A model generated the notes under the pieces. That model was not told where the DNA came from. It saw only the letters and a program-made list of their open reading frames with translations, and searched no databases. This document shows positions 47,499 through 56,593 of a DNA stretch of 64,000 nucleotides, in pieces (positions within the stretch are counted from its first letter, which is position 1; each line of letters begins with the position of its first letter). Where the stretch lies: NCBI GenBank assembly GCA_044222185.1, contig JBGANV010000006.1, positions 64,001-128,000 on the forward strand. Direction: 5' to 3'. The translations under genes and the position numbers were made by a program. The stretch comes from Planctomycetota bacterium (GTDB lineage: Bacteria > Planctomycetota > GCA-002687715 > CAIWVZ01).

Positions 47499-49091
47499 AT
47501 GAGTCGACGACTCTTCGTTGCGCTTCTTGCGTTCGCCGCGGCTGCGAGTGTTCCGGCGCAGGTCGTGAAATACGGCAACCCGTCGCCGGCGGGTTTCGGT
47601 GCGACGTTCGACGCGGGGGGACAGCTTCCCGTGGTCGGGAACCTGGGATTCCAACTGGTCGTGCATGGAACGACGAACCCGCTCGGGGGTGCGCTCCTCA
47701 TCGCATCCGGCTCGGCGACCGTCCCCATCGGGGCCGCGACGCTCCTGCTCGATCCGCTGACGCTGTCCCTGACGGATCTCCCTGCCGGGATCACGGGGCT
47801 CCAGCTCGGACTCGCGAACAACCCGGCGCTCGCGGGGCTTTCGGCGTTCGGGCAAGTGGGAATCATCGACCCCGCTCAATCGGGCGGATTCGGCCTCACC
47901 AACGCGATCCTCGTGACGGTCATGCCACGCGCGACTCCGACGCGCGCCTGGTTCAGCGGACAGAACTTCGCCGGGGGGCCCAGCATCCTCACGTCGCTCG
48001 ATCTCACGGGAGCGTCACCCGCATTCCGCGCGACGGGCTCCCTCGGGTTCAGCGGCGGAATCGCCTTCGACTTCAGCCCGAAAGTCGCCGCCTGCCCCTC
48101 GACGAACCTCGTCTACGCGCTCGGCAATCAGAATGTCAGCCAGTTCGTGCGCGTGTTCGACGCATCGGCCGATCCCAGCGGCATCGTGACGTGGCCCTTC
48201 GTCGCGGACATCCCCGTGGCGTCGCCCATCTCGTCGATCGTCGGCCGGCGCGATCTCGAGGTCATGCCGGACAACACGCTCATGTTCGTGACCTCGGGTG
48301 ACGGCAGCTCGTCGCTTCCCGTCCTCCTCCAGGTGTTCGACGTTTCGGGGCTGCCGTCGACGGCGCCGACGGCGTCGATTCAGACGATCACCTACGCCAA
48401 TTCGGGCATCGGCGAAGTCTGCCTGGAGATCTCGCCGGACGCGACGAGACTCGCCGTGGTGAACTCGAACGACAACCAACCTGCTCTGACGCTGTACTCG
48501 ATCCAGTACGGCGCCACTCCGCCGCTGACCTCGCTCGGCACCTGGTCCTTCGCAAACTCGGTGGGCTCCGATTACCCGAGCGACGTGCACTTCGCGCCGG
48601 ACGGCTCGTTCGTCGCGGTCACGGGCGGGAACGGCACGATCTCGCTCGTCGATCTCACGACGACGCCGCCGACGGTCCGATTGAACGGCGCCTCGTGGGG
48701 CGCGGCGACCACGTCGGGGTTCCACGGCTCGGCGATCGCCATCAGCAACGGCGCGCCGGTCGCGGTCATGGGCGAGGAGGGCAGTGCGGCGACGATCCGC
48801 TACCGCATGGTCGACCTGAACGTCTGGTCGCCAACCTTCGGCGCGCAGCTTTCGAGCTTCACGACGAGCACGGGGAACATCTCCAACCATCGCATGCATG
48901 GTCAGCAGAACATCGTCATCGGGATCGACGGCACCGGGGCAACCGTCGACTGCCAGTTCGTCGACGTGATCGACCTGGATCAGCCGCTCGGGGCCGGCGG
49001 TTTCCAGTCCTGGCGCGTGAAGATGCCCACGTCGGCGACGCTCACGCCGGGCGGGCTGTCGTGCATCCCACGCGACTTCGCTCTCTACTGA
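47499..49091 (+). CDS. Secreted protein: N-terminal copy of the shared domain plus a probable beta-propeller
   Basis: GGAG RBS; signal VPA|Q; PALAGLSAFGQVGIIDP...GFGLTNAILVTV; blades EVMPDN, EISPDA, HFAPDG. Confidence 0.85.
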   Translation: MSRRLFVALLAFAAAASVPAQVVKYGNPSPAGFGATFDAGGQLPVVGNLGFQLVVHGTTNPLGGALLIASGSATVPIGAATLLLDPLTLSLTDLPAGITGLQLGLANNPALAGLSAFGQVGIIDPAQSGGFGLTNAILVTVMPRATPTRAWFSGQNFAGGPSILTSLDLTGASPAFRATGSLGFSGGIAFDFSPKVAACPSTNLVYALGNQNVSQFVRVFDASADPSGIVTWPFVADIPVASPISSIVGRRDLEVMPDNTLMFVTSGDGSSSLPVLLQVFDVSGLPSTAPTASIQTITYANSGIGEVCLEISPDATRLAVVNSNDNQPALTLYSIQYGATPPLTSLGTWSFANSVGSDYPSDVHFAPDGSFVAVTGGNGTISLVDLTTTPPTVRLNGASWGAATTSGFHGSAIAISNGAPVAVMGEEGSAATIRYRMVDLNVWSPTFGAQLSSFTTSTGNISNHRMHGQQNIVIGIDGTGATVDCQFVDVIDLDQPLGAGGFQSWRVKMPTSATLTPGGLSCIPRDFALY

Positions 49092-49110
49092 TCGGCCGCG
49101 CGGCGCGACG

Positions 49111-50076
49111 TCATCGCGCGGCACGGACCTGGTCGATCACCCATGCGGCGGTATCCGCTCGATGACAGAGCGTGAGGTGGTTGCCCGGGAATCTCGCCGT
49201 CGGCGTCTCGGACGGCACCGCCAGCGCACTGGTCACCGAGACCACCATGTCGCCCTCGCCGTCGCGGAACTCGGCGAGGTTCGTCGGTGCGAAACGCGTG
49301 AGGGCGCCGGGGATCGAGATCCTGCCGAACGGCGGCATCGAGATCCTCAGGTAGGCCGCCTCCGTGCCGGCCGCCGCGGCCCAGCCGCGTGGCAGGTCGG
49401 GAAAGCCGATCCGGCCGATCTGGCGGATCTCCTCCGATAGGGGCGCGAGGTTCGCGAATCCGTCGACGAGCAACCTGAGTTCCGTCAGCGCGTCGAGCGG
49501 CAGCTTGGCCATGAACGCATCCAGGAAGGAGGCCGCGCCATCGAGGATGCGTCGGCCTGCATGCGCGACTTCGCTTCCCATGTGCGGGGTCGCCAGCGTG
49601 ATCACCTTCCGCACGCGACGCCGGGTGGGCGCGTCCTCGAGGACGGCCCGCGTCACCAGGCCGCCCCGGCTGTGCGCGACGATCACGACGGAATCGACGC
49701 CGAAACGTTCGCACGCGGTCGACACCATGGCCTTCAGCATGTCCGTCGCTTCGCCCAGCGGCGCGATCGTCCGCCCGCCGACGGCCGTCACCTGGTAGCT
49801 GAAGGCGAGTCCCCTCATCCTCGAACCTTCGAGGACCTCCAGCAGGCGGAGATCGAGCTTCGTCGTCGGCGAGACGCCCGTGCGCGGGCTCGTGGGTTCG
49901 AAGACGGGGAACGGGTTCTCCGTCTCGTTCATGCCCGCAACCGGGTGTGCCCAACGACGCACGTTGTCGATGACGCCGTGGACGAAGACGACCGGCGGCG
50001 ACGGATCGGCATCGCCACCAACGTCGGTCGCAAGCGCGCCGAGGTGTGGAGCGGGGCCTGGGATGCGGATCGGCAT
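49111..50076 (-). CDS. Alpha/beta hydrolase (lipase/esterase, PGAP1-like)
   Basis: VVFVHG, VAHSRGGLV nucleophile elbow, ITLATPHMGS, GDMVVSVTSA, terminal NH; GGAGG RBS. Confidence 0.88.
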   Translation of the reverse strand: MPIRIPGPAPHLGALATDVGGDADPSPPVVFVHGVIDNVRRWAHPVAGMNETENPFPVFEPTSPRTGVSPTTKLDLRLLEVLEGSRMRGLAFSYQVTAVGGRTIAPLGEATDMLKAMVSTACERFGVDSVVIVAHSRGGLVTRAVLEDAPTRRRVRKVITLATPHMGSEVAHAGRRILDGAASFLDAFMAKLPLDALTELRLLVDGFANLAPLSEEIRQIGRIGFPDLPRGWAAAAGTEAAYLRISMPPFGRISIPGALTRFAPTNLAEFRDGEGDMVVSVTSALAVPSETPTARFPGNHLTLCHRADTAAWVIDQVRAAR

Positions 50077-50107
50077 GGCGGCACCCTCCGCGGCCGGTGG
50101 CGGAGAC

Positions 50108-51313
50108 TCAAGTCGCGCGGCGCGCAACCAGCGGGATCGAAATCGCGGCCATCGCCGCCACGGACCCGCCGAACCAGAACGTCGACGCGGAGCCGAATGC
50201 GTCCCACAGAACGCCGCCGGCGAGGCTCGCGGCGAGCGTGACGAAGCCGTTCGCCATGGAGTAGATCCCGAGCGCCGTCGCCCGCCGTTCGGCAGGAGCG
50301 TGATCGACGATCAAGGCCTTGCCGATGCCTTCCGTCAGCGCCATGAAGCTGCCGTAGAGCGCGAACAGGGGCCAGATCGCGGACTCGCCTGCGACGGCGA
50401 AGCCGCAGTATACGCCGGCGTAGATCACCCAGCCGAGGCCGATCACGCGCCAGCGTCCGAGGCGATCGCTCAGGACGCCCGCCGGATACGAGACGATCGT
50501 GTAAGTGACGTTGAACAGGAGGTAGGCAAGCACGACGGCCCAGGGCGACAGGCCCACCTCGCGTGCCTTCAGGAGCAGGAACGCGTCACTGGAGTTCGCC
50601 AGCGAGAAGATGAGGAGCGGGACGAGGGTGCGCCAGTACGCCGCCGGCATGGCGAGGCGCGGTCCCGCGCCGCGAGTCGATGGCGCCACGGAAGACGTGA
50701 CGATCGGCCGATCGCTCACGAGGAACGTCGTGGCGAGCGACAACAGCCCGAGTGCGGCTGCGACACCGAACACGATCCGGAATGCAGGTCCGGACTCCGC
50801 CGCGGCCCGGCCACCACCGTCGGCCGGAGACCCCGTGAGCCACCAAAGCAGCATGGCCGCCAGGATGACGCCCACCATGGCGCCCGCCGTGTCGAGCGCG
50901 CGATGGAAGCCGAACGCGCGCCCTCGTTCTTGCGGGCCCGCGGCGTCGGCGATGAGCGCATCCCGCGGACTCGAGCGGAGCCCCTTGCCCACGCGATCCA
51001 CGAGCCGCCCGGCCAGCACCATGGGCCAGGCGTAGGCGAATGCGAGCATGGCCTTCCCGACGACCGGGAGTGCGTAACCGATCCGCACGTAGGGCATGCG
51101 GCGCTTCTGACCGTCGCTGTGCCATCCGGCCCAGGCGGACATCACGGCGACGAGACAGAGCGCCGCGCCCTCGATCCCGCCGAGTGCCGTCGCGGACGAT
51201 CCAAGCACTCCGACGACGAACAGCGGGATGAGCGGGTAGATCATCTCGCCCGACACGTCGGCGAGGAACGACACCCAGCTCAGCACGACGACGGTGCGGG
51301 GGAGACGTGGCAT
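50108..51313 (-). CDS. MFS transporter
   Basis: SFLADVSGEMIYP, DRVGKGLRSSPRDALIAD, GRAFGFHRALDTAGA, GVLSDRLGR; about 12 TM helices. Confidence 0.93.
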   Translation of the reverse strand: MPRLPRTVVVLSWVSFLADVSGEMIYPLIPLFVVGVLGSSATALGGIEGAALCLVAVMSAWAGWHSDGQKRRMPYVRIGYALPVVGKAMLAFAYAWPMVLAGRLVDRVGKGLRSSPRDALIADAAGPQERGRAFGFHRALDTAGAMVGVILAAMLLWWLTGSPADGGGRAAAESGPAFRIVFGVAAALGLLSLATTFLVSDRPIVTSSVAPSTRGAGPRLAMPAAYWRTLVPLLIFSLANSSDAFLLLKAREVGLSPWAVVLAYLLFNVTYTIVSYPAGVLSDRLGRWRVIGLGWVIYAGVYCGFAVAGESAIWPLFALYGSFMALTEGIGKALIVDHAPAERRATALGIYSMANGFVTLAASLAGGVLWDAFGSASTFWFGGSVAAMAAISIPLVARRAT

Positions 51314-51314
51314 G

Positions 51315-51698
51315 TCAGGCTCCGGGCCAGATGGATGCGCCGAACCAGCCGGCGGCGCCCGCGCCGAGGCATCCGAGAATCGTGATCGCCGCGTAGGCTG
51401 TGGCAGGCCCGACCGCGCCGCACTGCAGGTACCGCAGGGTCTCCAGGTTGAATGCAGCGTAGGTCGTGAAGCCGCCGAGGAACCCGGTGGAGAGGACGAG
51501 CCTCGTCGCCGGCGACGGGCCGTCTGCCCTGAGCCCGGCATGCGTGAGCCAGGCGAGGAGGAACGACCCCAGCAGATTCACAGAGAGCGTCCCCCAGGGA
51601 AACGACGATCCGATCCGAGCCTGCGTCCAGCGGTCGAGCTGATATCGAGCCACGGTTCCCAGCGCTCCCGCCATTCCGATCCAGAGAATCCTCATCAC
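51315..51698 (-). CDS. crcB: Fluoride channel Fluc/CrcB
   Basis: GALGTVARY, FPWGTLSVNLLGSF, TGFLGGFTTY; ~127 aa, 4 TM helices; preceded by a fluoride riboswitch. Confidence 0.95.
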   Translation of the reverse strand: MMRILWIGMAGALGTVARYQLDRWTQARIGSSFPWGTLSVNLLGSFLLAWLTHAGLRADGPSPATRLVLSTGFLGGFTTYAAFNLETLRYLQCGAVGPATAYAAITILGCLGAGAAGWFGASIWPGA

Positions 51699-51775
51699 GT
51701 GTCGCCTCCGGGTTTGGGAGTCGGGCGCCGCCGGAGGCCTGCAAGAGAGAACCCCCGCGGCGCGCCGTTCGATCC

Positions 51776-51829
51776 GCAGGAGTCATTGGCCCTCCTCCGC
51801 GGAGGGCGGTTTTGGCGGACTCCACCGCC
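51776..51829 (-). ncRNA. Fluoride (crcB) riboswitch aptamer
   Basis: Minus strand reads GGCGGTGGAGTCCGCC-AAAACC-GCCCTCCGCGGAGGAGGGC-CAATGACTCCTGC: stem GGCGG/CCGCC, pseudoknot GGAGT/ACTCC, AACCGC and ATGAC motifs; ~78 nt upstream of crcB. Confidence 0.92.
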
Positions 51830-52014
51830 GTCGGGACGGCGGAGATTTAGCATCTGACCCGTCACCGCGACGACCCCTCGGGCGGCTTCACGGACCCAGG
51901 CCGTGCGCCCGGCCGACTCCGCCGCCGTCGCCCGACCGGGAACTTTCGACGGTTTCATGGGTCGGAAAGCGGGCCGTTGCCTGGGGCGCGTCGACCGCCG
52001 AGAATCCCTCCCTC

Positions 52015-55000
52015 ATGGTCCGAGGTGTCATCATCTTCGCCGTGTGTCTCGCGCTCGCCGGAATGGCGCGCGCGCAGCAGATCGCTGAGGTGCCGAAACG
52101 TGACCCGAAGGCTCCGACGCCCGAGGCTCAAGCGCGATTGATGCTCGACGCCGGACGAGCGGCCCTCGCGGACAAGAACCCGGCGGAGGCCGTGAGGCAC
52201 TTCGCGAACGCGCTCTGGTACGACCCCTACGCCCCCGCTTTCCTCGCGAACCTGCTGGAGGCATCCGCCGCCGACCCTGATGCGTTCGACCTGTGGCTGA
52301 GCCAGTGGATTGCAGTGATCTCGGACGAGAAGGGCGCGGCCGCGGTCGAGGAGAAGTGGCGCAAGCGGGTCCAGGGCGTCGATGCGTGGCCGCTGAAGGT
52401 CAACACCGCGCGCGCCGAAGCCGTTGCCGAACTCGCGACGTTCGTGAAGGAGCAGGGCTCGAAGGGCGGGGAGGCTGCGAGCCATCCACACGCGCGGAGA
52501 TTCGCGGCGCAGTTGGGCATCGAACTGTGTCGCGCGTCGCCGGCGCTGATCCGGAGACATGGCCCGACCTTCACGGCGGTGTTCACGCCGGCCGTGCTGC
52601 CCGACCACCGACCCGTACTCGCCGCGCTCAAGGAGTTGATGGACCAACTCGTGGGTGAACAGAAACCCGGAGATGCGATCCGCGTCGCGCAGTGCCTGCT
52701 CGGGTTTGCGGCGCAATCGGGGTTCAAGCAGTTCGACGGTCCCAAGCCTCCGGACCTCGCGGCGGTCGCCATGGCGGCCCGGGCCGGTCTCCAACGCGCC
52801 CGTGCCCAGCTCGATGCGGCGCGGAAGGACGCGATTCTCACCATCGAACAGCTCGAGGCGATGACGCCGGAGGAGCGCGAGGCGTTCACGCGCGACCACG
52901 CCTCGTTCGCCAACCCGGGCGTCACGTTCTCACCGAACAAGCTCTACCGCGTCGAGACGACGTGCGGGCATGACACGCTCGTCGGCGTCGCGAAGACGAT
53001 CGAGCTCCACCATGCGCGGCTCGTTGGCTACTTCGGAAAGGACCCGTTCGTCGGACAGCAGGGACTCGTCCGGATCGTGCCCGAAAGCTGGGGCCTCGAA
53101 GCGGAAGGCACGCCGCATTGGTGGGCGGGCGGATTTCAATCCGGCCCCGTCACCACGTTGAAGTTCAGCTGTGGGAACATCGCGGGTCTCGGTCACGGGC
53201 TGACGCACGAGCTCACGCACCGCTTCGACGGTGCGCTTCATGCCGGTATCCCCGCCTGGCTGGCGGAAGGACGCGCCGTGTGGACCGGCGCCGCCTACGG
53301 GCCGCCCGCAGACCCAAGGTTCGTCCCGAACTACGCTCCGTTCGGCAGCATCGAAGACGCCTTCGTGAAGGGATACGCCGCGGAGGATCGCCTGAAGAAG
53401 CTCGTGGAAGGCACCATCGAGGACTATCGCCACAACTATCCGGCGGGGTGCGCGCTCTACGTGTACCTCTCCCAGTGGAAGGACGGCGACAAGCTCGTCT
53501 ACGCGGAGCGTTTCGCGCGCTTCGAAAACGAGTGCCGCACGGGCAACGGCAATTCGCTGGAGAACTTCACGGCGCACTTCTGCGACGGCCGGCAGGGGCG
53601 GCCGAAGGACTTCAAGGAGTTCGCCAAGCGCTTCGGCGAGTTCATCACGGGCTTCTACTGGCAGAACCGGGCCAAGTCGCCGTGGACGGGCCTCTTCACC
53701 GAGAAGGTCCCCGATTCGGGCCATTGGCCGTTCATCTACGACGGGCCCACGTGGCATCGCGGTCGAACGCGAGCGGAGCCGTGGTTCGGCCAGGATCAGG
53801 CCCGCCTCGCGGGCGACCTTCTCTACGCTCACGATCGCAAGAAGGACGCCGCCGCGGCGTGGGCGTGGTCGCTCCTGGTCGACGACTGGTCGCCGGAAGT
53901 CGCGGCGAAGCTGGCCAAGGTCTACAACGAACAGAACCAGTCCCACAACGCGTGGGTCGTCCTGGCGGAGACCTCGCGCCGTTTCCCGGGGCAGATGGCC
54001 GTTCCGGGCATGCCATCCGAGTTGAAGCGATCCTTCACGAAGGTCTTCCTCTTCCACGACGCGCTGCGCGACGCGGGGAAGCTCGCGGCGGATGGCGGAC
54101 GCCCGGCGAGCGCGTGCGTGCTCGCGAGCGACGAGTCGCGGTTATCCGAGTGGCTCGGCTTGTCGCAGCACGTCGTTTCGGCGAGCGCAGACGTGGCCGC
54201 GAAGTTGCTCCACCGATTGGACGAACCGCCCGTTCCCCTCGGACTCTTCGGCTGGGAGGAGGATCGACTCACCGACTACGAAGAGCGCCGCGTGAAGGAC
54301 CTGTGGTACGAGCTGCCCGATGGCGATCTGCAGGTGGGGCGCACGAAGCCGCGTGAAGGCACCGGCGAAACCGACCGGTATTCGGCGTGGCAGCACGCGT
54401 TCACGCGTTCGAAGCAATGGATCGGCGCTGGAGCCTACGCCATCCGCATGAAGGTGCAGGCGACGACGTCGTTCATCTCCGGCGCGGCGATCCTGGGTTG
54501 GACGCGACGCGACCGGAACGTTCGCGTCGGTTTCAGCTGCGGCGACTTCCTCTATTCGATCGGCGCCAAGGACGCGGCGAACAAGTTCGACTCGGTCCAT
54601 TGCAACCTCTGGGGCCTTCGCGAGCGTGACGGCGCGCTGTGGGGATCGAACCCCGGTCGCACGGTGAAGCTCAAGACGCCGAGCAACACGTTCGACCTCG
54701 ACATCTACGTGGATGGGGCGCAGGCCTACGCCTTCCTGAACGGCACGCTCGTCGGCACGTACCACACGCTCGATGGTGCGCCGATCGAAGGCTACGTCGG
54801 CTTCGCATCCGGACAGGGTGCGTACCTCGTGAAGGCACCCACTGTCGAGCGCTTCGATCGCACGCTCGCCGCTGGCATCGATCGCGGGTTTCCGGCGTGC
54901 CTCGACTTGTCACGCGATGGCACGACGCCGGGGCGAGAGCTCGTCAATCGAGAGGTGCGCGGAGTGCCGACGAATCGCCTCGGCACCGTCGTCGTCTGGA

Positions 55001-55440
55001 TGCCGCAACTGCCCTCCGCTGTTCAGCCCGACACGCTCGCCGCGCCGGACGAAATGGCGACGGAGACCAGCGTCGTCGCGCAGGCCGCGCGCGAGGCGAT
55101 GGTCGCCGCGAAGGCCGACCAGCCGATCGTCGTCGTGGTCCCCGCCACGCTCCCGAAGGACGTGCTCCAGAAGGTCGAGGCCGACGTGAAGAACGCCGTA
55201 CCCGGCGTGACGAGCGTCCTCGTGCACGCGCGCAAGGAGCCGCTCACGCGCAAGCAGGACAACCCCGAGTTGCCGCTCCGCACCACCCCGTCCTTGCTTT
55301 TCGTCGATCCGAGCGGGGTGCTGCGTTGCGTCGAGCCGTTCGAGGCCGTTCAGCAGCGGTTGCCCGGTGGGCTCGAACACTGGGTGACTGTGTTCGGCGC
55401 GATCGCTCGCGAACTTCCCACGGGAACGAACGCGAAATGA
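52015..55440 (+). CDS. Large secreted multidomain gluzincin-type (peptidase MA-like) protein
   Basis: Signal ARA|Q; THELTH (HExxH) followed by PAWLAEG; helical regions; beta-sandwich-like GYVGF region. Confidence 0.82.
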   Translation: MVRGVIIFAVCLALAGMARAQQIAEVPKRDPKAPTPEAQARLMLDAGRAALADKNPAEAVRHFANALWYDPYAPAFLANLLEASAADPDAFDLWLSQWIAVISDEKGAAAVEEKWRKRVQGVDAWPLKVNTARAEAVAELATFVKEQGSKGGEAASHPHARRFAAQLGIELCRASPALIRRHGPTFTAVFTPAVLPDHRPVLAALKELMDQLVGEQKPGDAIRVAQCLLGFAAQSGFKQFDGPKPPDLAAVAMAARAGLQRARAQLDAARKDAILTIEQLEAMTPEEREAFTRDHASFANPGVTFSPNKLYRVETTCGHDTLVGVAKTIELHHARLVGYFGKDPFVGQQGLVRIVPESWGLEAEGTPHWWAGGFQSGPVTTLKFSCGNIAGLGHGLTHELTHRFDGALHAGIPAWLAEGRAVWTGAAYGPPADPRFVPNYAPFGSIEDAFVKGYAAEDRLKKLVEGTIEDYRHNYPAGCALYVYLSQWKDGDKLVYAERFARFENECRTGNGNSLENFTAHFCDGRQGRPKDFKEFAKRFGEFITGFYWQNRAKSPWTGLFTEKVPDSGHWPFIYDGPTWHRGRTRAEPWFGQDQARLAGDLLYAHDRKKDAAAAWAWSLLVDDWSPEVAAKLAKVYNEQNQSHNAWVVLAETSRRFPGQMAVPGMPSELKRSFTKVFLFHDALRDAGKLAADGGRPASACVLASDESRLSEWLGLSQHVVSASADVAAKLLHRLDEPPVPLGLFGWEEDRLTDYEERRVKDLWYELPDGDLQVGRTKPREGTGETDRYSAWQHAFTRSKQWIGAGAYAIRMKVQATTSFISGAAILGWTRRDRNVRVGFSCGDFLYSIGAKDAANKFDSVHCNLWGLRERDGALWGSNPGRTVKLKTPSNTFDLDIYVDGAQAYAFLNGTLVGTYHTLDGAPIEGYVGFASGQGAYLVKAPTVERFDRTLAAGIDRGFPACLDLSRDGTTPGRELVNREVRGVPTNRLGTVVVWMPQLPSAVQPDTLAAPDEMATETSVVAQAAREAMVAAKADQPIVVVVPATLPKDVLQKVEADVKNAVPGVTSVLVHARKEPLTRKQDNPELPLRTTPSLLFVDPSGVLRCVEPFEAVQQRLPGGLEHWVTVFGAIARELPTGTNAK

Positions 55441-56477
55441 CCGGCGCGTCGTTCGAGCCGGACTCGCCGTCGCACGTCGTCGATCGTCGCTCCTTTCTCG
55501 AGAGGATCGTGCTCGCGTCCGTCGCCCTCGCCGTTCGGCACGACCGCGACCGCCCATCCGTCGGGCCGCCGCGTCGGTTCGCCCGGACTCTCGTGTTCGT
55601 GGACCTGGCCGGCGGACTCGATGGTCTGTCCGTCGTCGTGAATCCTGGACTCCGGTCCTACTACGCACGCCGCCCGACGATCGCCGTTCCACCGCCAGGC
55701 GCTTGGGGCGGCGCGTTGCCACTGAACCGAGCGGCGAGCGTCGGGCTCACACCACATTGGGCGCCGCTGTACGAGCTGTTCGCGCGGGGCGAGATGCGGG
55801 TCCATCAGGCCGTCGGTCACGCGACGAGCGGACTCACGCATTTTGCGAGTCGCGAACTCGTGATGAGCGGCCTGCGCGGCGACGGCGATCCGGTGGCGTG
55901 CGGAGGCATCGGGTGTCTCGTGGATGGCGCGCGGCGTCTCGGGATCTCGGCCGTCGGCTTCGGCTCGGAGTGGGCCCGGGATCTCGTGTGTACGAGCGGT
56001 CGCACGACGCTCGTTCCAGGCGAGGTGAGTCTCGACGCGAGCCTGGCCGAGGTTGCGCGATCGCTGCAATCCGACCCGTGTCCGATGATCGCGTGCGTGC
56101 GCGCGAGCGGTTTCGACACCCACGCCGATCAGGCGGCGACGCTCGCGACGCGGTTGCCCCCGGTCGCCACGGCGATCGCGACGTTCGTCGAGACGGTGCG
56201 CGCCGCGGGTCGTTGGGACGACGTTTCGATGATCCTCTTCAGCGAGTTCGGACGAGCCGTGTCCGAGAACCCGGACGGGGGGACGGATCACGGTCAGGGC
56301 GGCGTGTTCCTGGAACTCGGCGGCGCGGTGCGCGGCGGAATGATGGGAGCCCCGCTGACCGAGGCGGACCTGGCGGGGCCGGATGTCCCCGCCCGTACCG
56401 ACCTCGTTCGCCTCCTCCGCCGGACGGTCCTGCGCCATCTCGCCATCGGTCAGGACGCGTCGCACGCCGGCCGTTGA
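55437..56477 (+). CDS. DUF1501 family protein (probable Tat substrate)
   Basis: ATGA overlap; DRRSFL; LAGGLDGL...YYARRPTIA, THF, GFDTHADQ, FSEFGR...EN...GTDHG. Confidence 0.88.
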   Translation: MTGASFEPDSPSHVVDRRSFLERIVLASVALAVRHDRDRPSVGPPRRFARTLVFVDLAGGLDGLSVVVNPGLRSYYARRPTIAVPPPGAWGGALPLNRAASVGLTPHWAPLYELFARGEMRVHQAVGHATSGLTHFASRELVMSGLRGDGDPVACGGIGCLVDGARRLGISAVGFGSEWARDLVCTSGRTTLVPGEVSLDASLAEVARSLQSDPCPMIACVRASGFDTHADQAATLATRLPPVATAIATFVETVRAAGRWDDVSMILFSEFGRAVSENPDGGTDHGQGGVFLELGGAVRGGMMGAPLTEADLAGPDVPARTDLVRLLRRTVLRHLAIGQDASHAGR

Positions 56478-56593
56478 TGGGGAGTCGCCGTCGCGACCGC
56501 GTTTCTCCACCGGGCCGCGAGACCGGGTGTACCATGCGCCTCGACGACTGGGGCCAGAGGGGCCCCGAGCGTTCCAGGCGCGAGGAATCAGGC

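Noticed and set aside
49111-50076. Hydrolase as a fluoroacetate dehalogenase
   Set aside because: The nucleophile elbow is Ser-type (AHSRGG), not the Asp-type motif of haloacetate dehalogenases.
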